Assembly: GCF_009914755.1 (NCBI RefSeq)
Contig: NC_060927.1
DNA length: 64,000 bases
Direction: 5' to 3' (one strand)
Source of the DNA: the human T2T-CHM13v2.0 reference genome, Homo sapiens
The notes under the pieces: model-generated
What the model was told of the DNA's origin: nothing
The model's input: the letters and a program-made list of their open reading frames with translations, nothing else
Database searches by the model: none
Program-made: the position numbers and the translations under genes
In this document: in pieces, positions 1-17,065 of the stretch
Layout of the letters: each line of letters starts with the position of its first letter
Numbering within the stretch: the first letter of the stretch is position 1

Positions 1-60
1 ATAATAAACCTGCATCTGTACCCCTCAACTTAAAATAAAAGTTAAATAAATAAAATTAAA
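1..60 (+). mobile_element. 3' terminus and A-rich tail of an L1 (L1PA/L1PB type), cut by the window edge
   Basis: aacctgcatctgtacccctcaacttaaaataaaagtt followed by an A-rich tail resembles the L1P 3' end. Confidence 0.7.
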
Positions 61-2071
61 TATTAAAACATTTCTTTCAAGCTCTAGACAGAAATAAATG
101 GTAATGATTTTAGAAAAATACAGTCTACTAATATGAAAGATTTCTAATAAATCAATTTTTCAATGGCCTATTTTACTGATTTTCAACAAGGAAACATATC
201 AGATTAATCTTTGATCCTACCTCATTCATCTCTGAGCATCGTGTGTAATAATAAATTTGCCTATTTTTTCTCCCCAATAAATACAAATTATTTGGAAGGA
301 ACTTTAAAAATCTCTACCAAAGAATTGCACTGCTATACTTATATGCATACTTAAAGTGGTTAAAAAAATAAGGTCAATGTTATTGAATGAATCAATATCA
401 TTCAATCCTCATAGAAGCAATTAGGATAATCTTTCCCAATATCAGGTATTGCAAAATTCTGCTTGGGTCTCCAGTGCACTACTGGGAGTGGGTGATAAAA
501 TGGCAAGTAGACGAACATGATGGTTCACTGAAGAAATGCTAACAGGTTAAAGAATTACCTGAGTAATGCTTCTTACACTTAGGAATAAAAGCAGATCTTT
601 GGGATATAACTTCTTAAGGACTCCCACATTTAACATTGATCATTTTATATTAACTTTATTTGAATATATGTAAACCTAAAACTAATTATAAACTCATTCT
701 TAGAGTTTTAAAGAATTTTAAAATCAAAATAAAATTATAAAATAAATATAAAATATCTAATATTCAAAATCGAAATACAATTACTATTAGCCTACTATTG
801 CAGATGATATTGTTTTGATGAAACCAAACAGCTGATTACACTGCAATGTGGTGCTGACTACTGTGGACTAGGTTCTTTCACCATTGCAGGATTTAACTGT
901 ATATCATTAGGCAAAACTTAATTTCCCATTCCACAACATTGATTGAACTAGTGAAAATTTGTATGAGTAGTAAATTAGTTGTAATCTCCTTTTCTCTCTT
1001 TTGGGGAATGAAGGTATCTTCTACTTGTTAAGTCAATCTCAGTTCTTTTTCTATTTGCCCTCCACAGTTGCAGAAGAGCTGCATTTGGTTTGAGCAGGAT
1101 CTTAAACCTGAATCCAAAGTATGAGAGAAATCCTGTGCAGAACATTGCTTTTTGTTTCCATGATTATGAAGACACTTCCCTTTTAAACCTGAATATATTA
1201 TGTTAACATAAAAATAAAAGAAAATAATTAAAGAACTCATAGTGCCACAAAAAAATTCAGTGTATCTACCTTGAAAATACATTTGTATGGTTTCTTACAT
1301 TATGAATTCTGCTTTAAATATAAGTGTCTTTGAACTGAAATTTTCTTACAGACCTAAAGAAAAGTGGGGAACTATGACAAAAAATTTCAGAAGTCACAAA
1401 ATGACAGCAATGGCTGGGGCTTTGCAGTACCACCTAAGAAAGGTCAATAAAAACAAGAGAGAATAACAGAGAACACTTAAATTGTTTAGAACCTTGGTAT
1501 TATAATCTATATTTCTCTATATTCAAAAACACACACATATGCAAATAGACACATACATATTCATACTTATACATACATATACAGATATAAATAATATACA
1601 TGCATATTAAATATAAATAATATGCATGCATATATTTAATTCTTTTAACTCTTATGCTTGCCTGTCATGAATGGTCTAAGTGCTTAACACAAAAAAGAGA
1701 CCTAGGAACTTATTTTGAAGAGGAGCCAAATAACTGGCAACTGAAGAGACAGTACATATCTGTGACCAGTTTTGGAGGAAAAAATATATTATGTGGTGAC
1801 AATTGTGAATATGAAAAGTAAAACAACAAAAATGAAAATAAAACGTGCAAGCAAACAAAAACTAACAGCTGAAACCACTGTTGGGGATACAGATACAAGG
1901 CATGAAGAGTGAAAAATAAAGACCCTTTTTTCTGTTCCTCCTAATTCCAATTAGCTCACTAAATGCAACGAGTGTGAATAACTTGGTGATTCTTTCTAGT
2001 GATGTTGGCATTCATTTACATGGGAGATAATTTCTCACATTATTTTTGTTTTTCAAAAATTTTCAACTTTT

Positions 2072-2986
2072 TCTTTTTTTTTAATTATACTTTAACTTTT
2101 AGGGTACATGTGCACAACATGCAGGATAGTTACATATGTATACATGTGCCATGTTGGTGTGCTGCACCCAGTAATTTGTCATTTAACATCACCTATATCT
2201 CCAAATGCTATCCCTCCCCCCTCTCCCCACCCCACAACAGGCCTCGGTGTGTGATGTTCCCCTTCCTGTGTCCATGTGTTCTCATTGTTCAATTCCCACC
2301 TATGAGAACATGCGTTGTTTGGTTTCTTGTCCTTGCGATAGTTTGCTGAGAATGATGGTTTCCAGCTTCATCCATGTCCCTACAAAGGACATGAACTCAT
2401 CATTTTTTATGGCTGCATAGTATTCCATGGTGTATATGTGCCACATTTTCTTTATCCAGTCTATCATTGTTGGACATTTGGGTTGGTTCCAAGTGTTTGC
2501 TATTGTGAATAATGCCGCAATAAACATATGTGTGCATGTGTCTTTATAGCAGCATGATTAATAATGCTTCGGGTATGTACCCAGTAATGGGATGGCTGGG
2601 TCAAATGGTATTTCTAGTTCTAGATCCCTGAGGAATCGCCACACTGACTTCCACAATGGTTGAACTAGTTTACAGTCCCACCAACAGTGTAAAAGTGTTC
2701 CTATTTCTCCACATCCTCTCCAGCACCTGTTGTTTCCTGACTTTTTAATGATTGTCATTCTAACTGGTGTGAGATGGTATCTTGTTGTGGTTTTCATTTG
2801 CATTTCTCTGATGGCCAGTGATGATGAGCATTTTTTCATGTGTCTTTTGGCTGCATAAATGTCTTCTTTTGAGAAGTGTCTGTTCATATCCTTTGCCCAC
2901 TTTTTGATGGGGTTGTTTTTTTCTTGCAAATTTGTTGGAGTTCATTTGTTGGATATTAGCCCTTTGTCAGATGAGTAGATTGCAAA
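2072..2986 (-). mobile_element. 5'-truncated LINE-1 (L1PA3/L1PA4-like), ORF2 C-terminus plus 3' UTR
   Basis: ORFs 2558-2929 and 2300-2527 translate to the L1 ORF2 C-terminus ([28 protein letters not shown]); poly(T) at 2072-2082; 17-bp TSD aaaaattttcaactttt at 2055-2071 and 2987-3003. Confidence 0.95.
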
Positions 2987-3072
2987 AAAAATTTTCAACT
3001 TTTCATACATTCTCTTTCATACATTCTCTTACTTCATAATATAAGAATACTTTCTTCTTCAGTATTTTTTTA

Positions 3073-3549
3073 TTAAGAGAATGTATGAAAAGTTTTTAAG
3101 GAGGAGCCAAGATGGCTGAATAGGAACAGCTCCGGTCTACAGCTCCCAGAGTGAGCGACACAGAAGAAGGGGGATTTCTGCATTTCCATCTGAGGTACCG
3201 GGTTCATCTCACTAGGGAGTGCCAGACAGTGGACGCAGGTCAGTGGGTGCAGCGCACCATGCGCGAGCCAAAGCAGGGCGAGGCATTGCCTCACTAGGGA
3301 AGCGCAGGGGGTCAGGGAGTTCCCTTTCCTAGTCAAAGAAAGGGGTGACAGATGGCACCTGGAAGATCGGGTCACTCCCACCCGAATACCGCTCTTTTCC
3401 GATGGGCTTAAAACACGGCGCACCAGGATATTGTGTCCCGCATCTGGCTCGGAGGGTCCTACGCCCACAGAGTCTCGCTGATTGCTAGCACAGCAGTCTG
3501 AGATCAAACTGCAAGGCGGCAGCGAGGCTGGGGGAGGGGCGCCAGCCAT
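3073..3549 (-). CDS. L1 ORF0 homolog, C-terminally extended (158 aa)
   Basis: ATG at 3549 begins MAGAPPPASLPPCSLISDCCASNQRDSVGVGPSEP, the ORF0 N-terminus; frame stays open to a stop at 3073 outside the element. Translation is not demonstrated. Confidence 0.5.
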   Translation of the reverse strand: MAGAPPPASLPPCSLISDCCASNQRDSVGVGPSEPDAGHNILVRRVLSPSEKSGIRVGVTRSSRCHLSPLSLTRKGNSLTPCASLVRQCLALLWLAHGALHPLTCVHCLALPSEMNPVPQMEMQKSPFFCVAHSGSCRPELFLFSHLGSSLKTFHTFS

Positions 3550-4004
3550 TGCCCAGGCTTGCTTAGGTAAACAAAGCAGCCGGGAAGCTCCAACTGGGTG
3601 GAGCCCACCACAGCTCAAGGAGGCCTGCCTGCCTCTGTAGGCTCCACCTCTGGGGGCAGGGCACAGACAAACAAAAAGACAGCAGTAACCTCTGCAGACT
3701 TAAGTGTCCCTGTCTGACAGCTTTGAAGAGAGCAGTGGTTCTCCCAGCACGCAGCTGGAGATCTGAGAACAGGCAGACTGCCTCCTCAAGTGGGTCCCTG
3801 ACCCCTGACCCCCGAGCAGCCTAACTGGGAGGCACCCCCCAGCAGGGGCAAACTGACACCTCACACGGCTGGGTACTCCAACAGACCTGCAGCTGAGGGT
3901 CCTGTCTGTTAGAAGGAAAACTAACAAACAGAAAGGACATCCACACCAAAAACCCATCTGTACATCACCATCATCAAAGACCAAAAGTAGATAAAACCAC
4001 AAAG
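3100..4004. promoter_or_regulatory. L1 5' UTR with sense and antisense promoters (CpG-rich; YY1 site at the start)
   Basis: YY1 motif caagatggc at ~3108-3116; a UTR length of ~905 bp fits the short form lacking the 129-bp ZNF93-binding segment. Confidence 0.8.
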
Positions 4005-5021
4005 ATGGGGAAAAAAACAGAGCAGAAAAACTGGAAACTCTAAAAAGCAGAGTGCCTCTCCTCCTCCAAAGGAATGCAGTTCCTCACCAGCAACGGAACA
4101 AAGCTGGACGGAGAATGACTTTGACGAGCTGAGAGAAGAAGGCTTCAGAGGATCAAATTACTCCGAGCTACAGGAGGACATTCAAACCAAAGGCAAAGAA
4201 GTTGAAAACTTTGAAAAAAATTTAGAAGAATGTATAACTAGACTAACCAATACAGAGAAGTGCTTAAAGGAGCTGATGGAGCTGAAAACCAAGGCTCGAG
4301 AACTACGTGAAGAATGCAGAAGCCTCAGGAGCCGATGCGATCAACTGGAAGAAAGGGTAACAGCGATGGAAGATGAAATGAATGAAATGAAGTGAGAAGG
4401 GAAGTTTAGAGAAAAAAGAATAAAAAGAAAAGAGCAAAGCATCCAGGAAATATGGGACTATGTGAAAAGACCAAATCTACGTCTGATTGGTGTACCTGAA
4501 AGTGACGGGGAGAATGGAACCAAGTTGGAAAACACTCTGCAGGATATTACCCAGGAGAACTTCCCCAATCTAGCAAGGCAGGCCAACATTCAGATTCAGG
4601 AAATACAGAGAACACCACAAAGATACTACTTGAGAAGAGTAACTCCAAGACACATAATTGTCAGATTCACCAAAGTTGAAATGAAGGAAAAAATGTTAAG
4701 GGCAGCCAGAGAGAAAGGTTGGGTTACCCTCAAAGGGAAGCCCATCAGACTAACAGCGGATCTCTCGGCAGAAACTCTACAAGCCAGAAGAGAGTGGGGG
4801 CCAATATTCAACATTCTTAAAGAAAAGAATTTTCAACCCAGAATTTCATATCCAGCCAAACTAAGCTTCATAAGTGAAGGAGAAATAAAATACTTTACAG
4901 ACAAGCAAATGCTGAGAGATTTTGTCACCACCAGGCCTGGCTAAAAGAGCTCCTGAAGGAAGTGCTAAACATGGAAAGGAACAACCGGTACCAGCCGCTG
5001 CAAAATCATGCCAAAATGTAA
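4005..5021 (+). pseudogene. L1 ORF1 (RNA-binding chaperone), disrupted
   Basis: ATGGGG followed by A7 (one more A than the consensus as I recall it), CGA>TGA at 4393-4395, and a frameshift near 4940; ORF 4462-4944 reads KRPNLRLIGVPE...REWGPIF. Confidence 0.93.
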
Positions 5022-5084
5022 AGACCATCAAGACTAGGAAGAAACTGCATCAACTAACGAGCAAAATCACCAGCTAACATCATA

Positions 5085-8943
<3,859 letters not shown>

Positions 8944-9304
8944 ACATGAAAACACATGGACACAGGAAGGGGAACATCACACTCTGGGGACTGTTGTGGT
9001 TTGGGGGGAGGGGGGAGGGATAGTATTGGGAGATATACCTAATGCTAGATGACGAGTTAGTGGGTGCAGCGCACCAGCATGTCATATATATACATATGTA
9101 ACTAACCTGCACATTGTGCACATGTACCCTAAAACTTAAAGTATAATAATAAATAAAAAATAAAAATTAAAAAAAAAGGTTTTAATATCTTTTTACATAG
9201 TACTTTTTTATTAAGTAGTCCAGAAGTAGTACTTATGGACCTAACCTAATTCAGTTAATCTATTTGCTTTATTATGGACCATTATTGTAATATTTTAATA
9301 CTTT

Positions 9305-9484
9305 AATGAAGAGTAAAAAATGAAGACTCCTTTTTTCTGTTCCTCCCAATTCCAATTAGACTACTAAATGCAACCAGTGTAATTCTGTGATTCTAGTAAT
9401 GTTAGTATTCATTTACATGTGAGATAATTTCTCACATTATTTTTGTTTTTCAAAAATTTTCAACCTTTTATACATTCTCTTACT
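9305..9484 (+). repeat. Diverged direct copy of ~1905-2071 plus 3004-3032
   Basis: Shared ttttttctgttcctcc.aattccaattag...gagataatttctcacattatttttgtttttcaaaaattttcaac...tacattctcttact. Confidence 0.9.
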
Positions 9485-10299
9485 GACAATTCTTAGAAAT
9501 AGCTAAATGTTTGGATTATTTCTGGCCATAATAGAGAATTTTAACATACTTGGTCTTAACCTCCAGGTGACTCTCTACTTTTTCAGACTTTCTTTTTAAT
9601 TAAAACTTTTTGGCTTTTTATTTTTTCATTATTAGTTTTTGATGCTTCTTATAGGTTTCAGTTATACTTGATAAAATACTATGAAACATTTTCCGACCTT
9701 GCCATGTGTCACTGAATATCATGCTATCATAAAACCTATTAATTATTTCATAGTTAAGTTGTCAAATTTTCCTTTTGTATTTTAGGTTTGATATCATTGT
9801 TGGAAAACTGTCCTATCCTCAATATTGTAAAAATTGTCTAATTTGAAAATTTAATCACTTTATATGATTTAATTATGTTTACATATTTTATTGATTTAGA
9901 ATTCACTTTGTACAAAATCTGAGAGGCAGGGATATAATTTTATTTTATTTTCAACATTGCTCTTTTTCTCCAATTGTTCCTAAAGCAATTTAGTAAATAG
10001 TGTATTCTTTCACTTTTGATATTAAAATCTACCTTAATAATTTATCAATTTCTGTATTTACTTGGTGCTACTTCTGGACCTAATTAATTCAATTAATCTA
10101 TTTGCTTTATTGTGGGCCATTATTGTAATATTTTAATATATATAGGTTTTAAATGCAATTTTATATCTAACAAAGCAATGTCTTCTTCAGTATTCTTTTT
10201 TATTAATGTCTCAACAATTTTTGCATATGTAGATGTACTAAGAAACCAAGAATCAGATGACTTTGAGTAGACTTGACTGCTTTCTGGAATTTTATAAAT

Positions 10300-11880
10300 A
10301 ATAAAATCATAAAGCATGTATGGTTTTGCGACTGAAATTTTTTATTCGGCATATTTTTGATATGCATGCATATATAACTGTATGTATCCATAGCTTATTC
10401 TTTTTATTGCTGAGAAATATTCTACTGAGTGAATATATTACATTTTTGTACCACTTACCCTTGATGGACAATTGGGTTATATCCAGCTTTTTTGGTTCTT
10501 ATGGATAAAGCTTCTATAAATATTTATGTATAAGTCTTTATGGGGACATATTTTTAATTTGTTTCTCTTGGGGAAGAATCTAGAGGTGAAATGGGTGGAC
10601 TGTATGTTTTGGGTGTGTTTAACTTTATATTTCAAGGGGTTTACCAGAGTGACTGTATGATTTTACATTCCCAGCAGTGTGCATGAGAGTCCTAGTGGAT
10701 GTACATCTTCACCAACACTAGGTGTTGTCAGTTTTTAAAAATGTAGTTACTTTAGTGGGTATGTAGGCATATTTATTATGGTTCAAATTTGCATTGTCTG
10801 CTGGCTAATGGTTACGAGAATATTAAAATCTTAAAAGTGCATATCTGCCATCCATATATCTTGCCTTGTAAAGTATTTGTTTATCTATTTACTTTTAAAT
10901 TTTGTTATTTGTGTTATTATTGAGTTGTAGGAATTCTTTATATATTCTGGATACAAGTATTTGACAGGTATTCATATTCCAATTATTTTTCCCATTCCTT
11001 GGTTGCTCTTTTATTTTGTTCACAAATTCTTTCCAAGAGCAAATATTCTTAATTTTGATAAGGTTCAATTCACAAATTATGGATATATGTGTGTTCTGTG
11101 TGTATTTTATTTAAGAAATATTTGCCTACACCAAGGTTACAAAGATTTTCTTCTCTGATTCCTTCCAGAAATATTGCTTTAGCTTTTCAAATTAAGTAAT
11201 TATTCCATCTCAAGTTCATTTTCACTTATGATGTGAGGTAAGGGTAAAACTATATTTTCATATAAATATGAAGATAGTTTTTCCAGCACCAAATATATGA
11301 GCCTATTTCTGGACTGACAGTTCTGTTCTATTGATCTATATATCTAACCTTTTGCACTACCACACTGTTGATTACAACTACTATAGATGAGTCACTAAGT
11401 CAGTTCAAATCCTCCAACTTTGTTCTTTTAAAATATAATTTTGGCTATTCTAAATTATTTACATGTTCAGTTTTGGGAGATTAATGTCTTAATTTTGAAT
11501 CTTTCAAACAATGAGCATAATATATCTCTCCATTCATCTGGTCTTCTTTAATTTTCATGTGCAATTTGTTTTTGTTTTTGTTTTTTTTTTTAGTTTCCAG
11601 CATCCAAGTATTACAGATATTTTGTTATATTTCCATTCTCCATTTGATTCTCATTTTATACTTTCTATTTCTTTGCTGAAAATTTCAATCTTCCCTTTAA
11701 TTTTAACAGTGTTTATTTTACCTTATGGAACATAGTTAATAATAGTTGTTTTAAAATTTTTGTTTGATAATTCCAAATTCTGGGACATTTTAGAATTGAA
11801 ACCTGTTGCTAATCTTTTCTCTTAAGAATTTCCCTGGCTCTTTATCTGTTGGTTGACTTTGAATTGTGTCTCAGATATTT
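10300..11880 (-). mobile_element. Old L1M (L1MC/MD/ME-type) fragments
   Basis: Degenerate L1 3' motifs in antisense (ttttacattcccagcagtgt, gaattctttatatattctggatacaagt); boundaries approximate. Confidence 0.7.
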
Positions 11881-11886
11881 TTAATA

Positions 11887-12196
11887 CAGTTGTCCCTCCA
11901 TATCCACTGGTTCTGCATCTGTAAATTCAACCACCTGAACATATCAGAAAAAAAGAAAACAACACAACAGTAAACATAATACAAATAAAAAATACAGTAT
12001 AAACTATTCACATAGCATTAACATTATATTAGGTATTATAAGTAATCTATAGATGATTTAAAGCCTATGGAAAGATGCAAGAGTGTTATATGCAAATACT
12101 ACTATGCCATTTTATATAGGGAACTTGAGCATCTGCAGATTTTAGCATCTGTGGGTGTCCTTGAACTAATCCCCTGTGGATACCAAGGGATGACAG
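11887..12196 (-). mobile_element. MER2 (TcMar-Tigger non-autonomous DNA transposon)
   Basis: Terminal inverted repeats cagttgtccctccatatccac / gtggataccaagggatgacag, TA at both flanks, and internal MER2-like ataagtaatctatagatgatttaaag. Confidence 0.85.
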
Positions 12197-12784
12197 TATG
12201 TTCCACAGACTTTTAGTTTTGTTAAAATGTTCTAAACAATGGTGAGTCTTTTGTTTAAGCAGATCATCTACCTGGTTATGTATAGACTGAGAATTCTGTC
12301 TCACCTTTTTGGGCAGTGGTTCTAATGTCAAAGTAGCTATACTCCTTTGGTCTGTCTCATAAATGCACAGGCCAGGAGTAAGCCAAGACTTATGTTTATT
12401 CATTTACCGAATTAAAGGATTCTCTTTGCCCACACTTTCTGACGCCCAGAGAATGCTTTTCCTGGTGTTCTGTCTAGAAATAGAGATATCTTTCCATTTC
12501 AGCAAACTGCACTTCAACACAATATCATGTGACTGAGGAGATCCTCTAAATAGCACCAAGATAATAATGAAAGAAAAAATATATACTGGGAGTTTCACAC
12601 ATAGAGATCACAGGGCTTTATTTTTTCTATTATTCTGGCCAGAAAGATGTTTTTCTCTCTGGGTTTTAACTGTCTACGCTGCCACCTCTGCAGCACAGCC
12701 CAGTGATCAGGACCACCCTTGGCAGGGTCAGGAGAGAAAAAAAGAGAAAAAAATAAAAAGTACATAAATAGGAATCCCACCTCA

Positions 12785-12966
12785 TATTAGCCTAGTAGGG
12801 CTGCCATAACAAAACCCCAAAGACTGGGTGACTTAAACAACAGAAATTTATTTTCTCACAGTTCTGGAGGCTGGAAGTCCAAGATCAAGATGCCAATATG
12901 GTTGCTTTGTGGTAAGAGCTCATTTTCTGGTTTGCAGAAAGCTGCCTTCACACTGTCTCTTCTCCG

Positions 12967-13026
<60 letters not shown>

Positions 13027-13216
13027 GTGTTTCTTCCTCCTCTTATTAAGACACCAGCCCTATCAGATGACAGCCCACCCTTATGACCTAATTTAATCTT
13101 AATTAACTCTTAAAGGCTCTGTCTGTAAATACAGTCACATTGGGGGTTAGGGTTTCAATACAAATTTTGGTGGGGGTGCTGGGGTGAGGGAAGAGATACA
13201 ATTTATTCTATTACAC
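12785..13216 (-). mobile_element. MaLR solo LTR (MLT1A-like) containing (GA)n
   Basis: gggctgccataacaaa...aaacaacagaaatttattttctcacagttctggaggctggaagtccaagatcaag hallmark. Confidence 0.85.
12969..13022. repeat. (GA)n microsatellite
   Basis: About 27 perfect GA units. Confidence 0.98.
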
Positions 13217-14624
13217 GCTAGCTCTCTTTAGCTGGCAGGGCCTTTCCCCCAATCTTTTGACCATAAATGCCAAAGCTTTCCGTCCTCTGCTGCCTGCATG
13301 TTCCTACATGGGAACTACTCTGAGATTATAGCCAGGAAATTAGCAAAACAAAACAAAAAAGTGAGATACTAATCCTATATGAGTAGCTCTGTAATTTTTG
13401 TCTTCAGGTCCTAATTTGCTTAATATGGTTAAGTTTTAAGATTTTTTGGGGTAGCTGCTATAAATATTTTATCTCCTGCTCTTAATTGTAAATGTTAAAA
13501 TGTTCTTTTACATTTAACAACGTAAAAGAGAGAGAGTATCTGCTATGCTCATTCTATGTAGGCTAGTACTGGACTATTTTTAATTAATCTAAAGTATATT
13601 TGCAAAAACTTGTACATTCTATTTTCTCATAATTTTAAAATCACAAATTCTCTATATTGCAGTTATGACGTCAATGTAATACACACACGACTGCTAATTT
13701 TTGAACATATTGAAATATTCTTTGTGACTCACTCTAATTATATATTAAACTATATAATTTTAAAAATTATGTATTTTTTTCTTCCTAAGAATAAAATTAA
13801 ACATATAAAAATAGGTTTTTAAAGTTTTTGAGGCTTTGGTTTCAAATTCTGTATATCATTGCTAATTTTATTTGTTATATATTCTGTTCTGAAAGAATGG
13901 TTATAATTTTGATATTTCTATTTATCATTTTTATGATTATTTATTTGATACAGTTTTTTTAACACTCATAGAAAATACAATTTTTTGGTAAGCTTATTTT
14001 TATTTCTATGAAATATTCCATCTCATTATACACATATTTTAAAACATATAGTTCATCTGAAATAAATACTACTTTAGCATTTGTTTCAGCGTTTTGTTTC
14101 AGTGTTATCCAGATCTGTATTTTACTTTTGTTTCATGTTTTATTTTAAGTATGTCTTTTGTAAGTAACACATAGCTGGCTTTTCTTTTTTTACCTAAGCA
14201 ATAATCGTTTATTCTCATTAACAATGAAGTTAATTCCTTCACATTTTTTGTGAATATTTATATTAACTTATTCATTTTATTTTTCTAGTTTTAATTGTTA
14301 TTACCCTCTCTCTTTTGCCTTTTGTTGGATTGTCTAGTTTAATTTCTTTCTTTGTTGGTCTTTTTGTCCTAAATGATTTGAACTTCTGCATCCAATTTCT
14401 ATACTTCTAATAGTACTCTTACTTTTAGAAGTGTGTTTATAGTTTTCAATCAAATTTAAGAATTTCTCATTGCCTATAGCTTTGCCTGAATAATAATTTA
14501 GCATCTTATCACACAGTAAATTTCAGCATCCCATCTCAATGATTGTATAATCATATGTATTTTTGCCTGTGTTTGTATACATCAATTTCATGGTTTTTTT
14601 GTTTGTTTTATATTAACCCCTTTT

Positions 14625-14942
14625 TAAATTTTTTTATTTTATTTATTTTTTTTCTTGATGGGGTCTTGCTCTGTCGCACAAGCTGGAATGCAGTGGTGCA
14701 ATCTGGGCTCACTGCAACCTCCGCCTCCCGGGTTCAGGGTTCAGGAGATTGTCCTGCCTCAGCCCCATGAATAGCTGGGATTACAGGCGCCCAGCACCAC
14801 GCCCAGTTAATTTCTGTATTTTTAGTAGAGACAGGGGTTTCACCATCTTGGCCAGGCTGTTCTTGAACTCCTGACCTCATGATCCACCCGCCTCAGCCTC
14901 CTAAAGTGCTGGGATTACAGGCATGAGCCACTGTGCCCGGCC
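14625..14942 (-). mobile_element. Full-length AluS (AluSg-like)
   Basis: T-rich tail, both monomers, ends tgcccggcc; ctcatgatcc diagnostic; internal 7-bp duplication gggttca. Confidence 0.93.
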
Positions 14943-15311
14943 AACCCTCTATTTTTTAAAATAATACTTACAGTGAGCTTAAGAGTTGGTTATGCAGAAT
15001 ATTGTAAATTTTATCTGTTTCTTTGTATATTATTGCACTCTTTATCCAATTTGCACTCTCTTAGTTTTATTTTTTATTAAATTTGAGAATGTCTTTGGGT
15101 ATTATTTCAAAAAATATGCAAGAATGATGAACATTCTGAAAATCTTCATATTGGGAGATCCGTTTTTTTAAATTATTAATTAAATGATTGATTTTCTGAG
15201 TGTACGATTTTAAATTCAACAACTATGATCTCATGTAAATGTATGGGCATGAACCAGGCATGGGTGGGAAGTTTCAGATTGCTAAAATAAAGACTTCTAT
15301 GAGCATGATGA

Positions 15312-15702
15312 TTTTTTTTTATTTTTAGTTATGGGGTACATGTGCAGGATGTGCAGGTTTGTTACATAGGTAAACATGTGACATGGTGGTTTGCTGCACC
15401 TATCAACGCATCACCTAGGTGTGAAGCCCAGCATGGATTAACTATTTTTCCTAAAGCTCTCCCTTCCCCCAGCCCACCCTGTGACTGGCCCCAGTGTAGG
15501 TTGTTCCCCTCCCCGTGTACATGTGTTCTCATTGTTTAGCTCCCACTTACAAGTGAGAACATGCAGTGTTTGGTTTTCTGTTCCTGCGTTAGTTTGCTGA
15601 GGATAATTGCTTCCAGCTTCATCCATGTCCCTGCAAAAGACATAATCTTATTCCCTTTTATGGCTGCATAGTATTTCATGATGTACATGTACCATTTTCT
15701 TT
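15312..15702 (-). mobile_element. 5'-truncated L1PA (about PA8-PA10) 3' end
   Basis: ggggtacatgtgcaggatgtgcaggtttgttacataggtaaac; TSD gag(c/t)at(g/a)atgatttt at 15301-15315 and 15704-15718. Confidence 0.88.
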
Positions 15703-16616
15703 AGAGTATAATGATTTTATGCAATTCATTCATAGATGAAATTGACTTATCTTTTATCTTTCTTCTTCTTTCTTTCTCCCTAACGAAAAAGTCCATATTT
15801 CTTCTTTACTGCTGAATGTTTCATGCCTTCAGAAGAATGCATGTAACCTCTATTTATGAAAATAAACTTTTGTGCATCTACCACTTGAAGAGAGTTGTAT
15901 GTTTGAAGAATCCGTATTATACCTCATAGACACTTAACACTTTTTTGATAATTTGTCATTAGTTGTTTCTATTTTATTTATTTGCTTTTTGGGTTTTGTG
16001 GATGTTTTTCATTCTTGGTTTTTTGCTATTTTAAACAGTACTTGTATTAACATTCTCCTACTTGTCCTCTGCTGGACACATGAAAAACTTTGCCTCATAT
16101 GTTTTTTTCACCAGTGTCTTTATAATACCCCTGAACAACAAAAGGTCATTAACTCTTCAAATTTAATTACCTCATATTAATGTACATGTTATTGTTGCCT
16201 GGCATTCTAGTTTAATCCTTTATCCATTCTAGTTTCATCCCCAAATTAGACATTTTATTATTGCTTTTTATGTTAATATTGTTAATGTTACTGAGATGGA
16301 TGCTGCGTTATTTGCTTAGTATTCTTTGCATCTTAGGCCTTGGTTCTGAGACTTCATCTGCCTGAGTTTATTATGTAGAAATTCCTTTAGTTGGAATCTC
16401 TTGGTGTTGATCTCAAGTTTTCTTTGTCTGAAAGTATTTTTATTTTGCCTTTATGCTTAAAAGATAGATTCATTGGGAGTATGGTTTAGAAATTCCCTCT
16501 AATACTTTAGTATATATTTCTTCATTGTTTCTCTTGAAAAATCAGCTAGCAGTCTAAATGCAATTTTCTTATAAACAAACTGTATTTACTTTTTGGTTAT
16601 TTAAGTCTAAAATTGG

Positions 16617-17065
16617 TGTATTTGTTTCCTTATTCCTGCTATAAAAATTACCACAAACTTTCTGGCTTAAAAAAATATAAATTATTTTCTTACATTTCTG
16701 GAAGTCAGAAATGCAAAATGGGTCTCACTGGACTAAAATCACAGTGCCAGTAGAGCTGCCTTTCTTCCTGGAGGCACTAGAAGAGGAAATGCTTTCTCAC
16801 GTTTTCCAGATTCTAGTGGCTGCCCACATTTCTTGCCTCCTTTGGCTGGTCCAATCTTTCTCACCTGAGGTTACTCTGACACTGTCATTCTTCCACCTCC
16901 CTTTTCCACTGTAAGGATCCATATGATTATATTAAGCCCACCTGGAGAGTACAGGCTAGTCTCCAATATTAAGGTCAGCTAATTAGAAACCTTTATTTTA
17001 CCTGCTACCTTAATTCCTCTTCACTTGTCATGAAACATATTCACATATTCCAGGAATTAGGGCAG
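16617..17065 (-). mobile_element. MaLR solo LTR (MLT1 family)
   Basis: ctgctataaaaattaccacaaactttctggcttaaa...tgggtctcactggactaaaatc. Confidence 0.75.

Noticed and set aside
12400-13400. Loosely repeated ~170-bp units around the MLT1 LTR as a novel repeat
   Set aside because: Most likely degenerate monomers of an old L1M 5' region; too diverged to support more.
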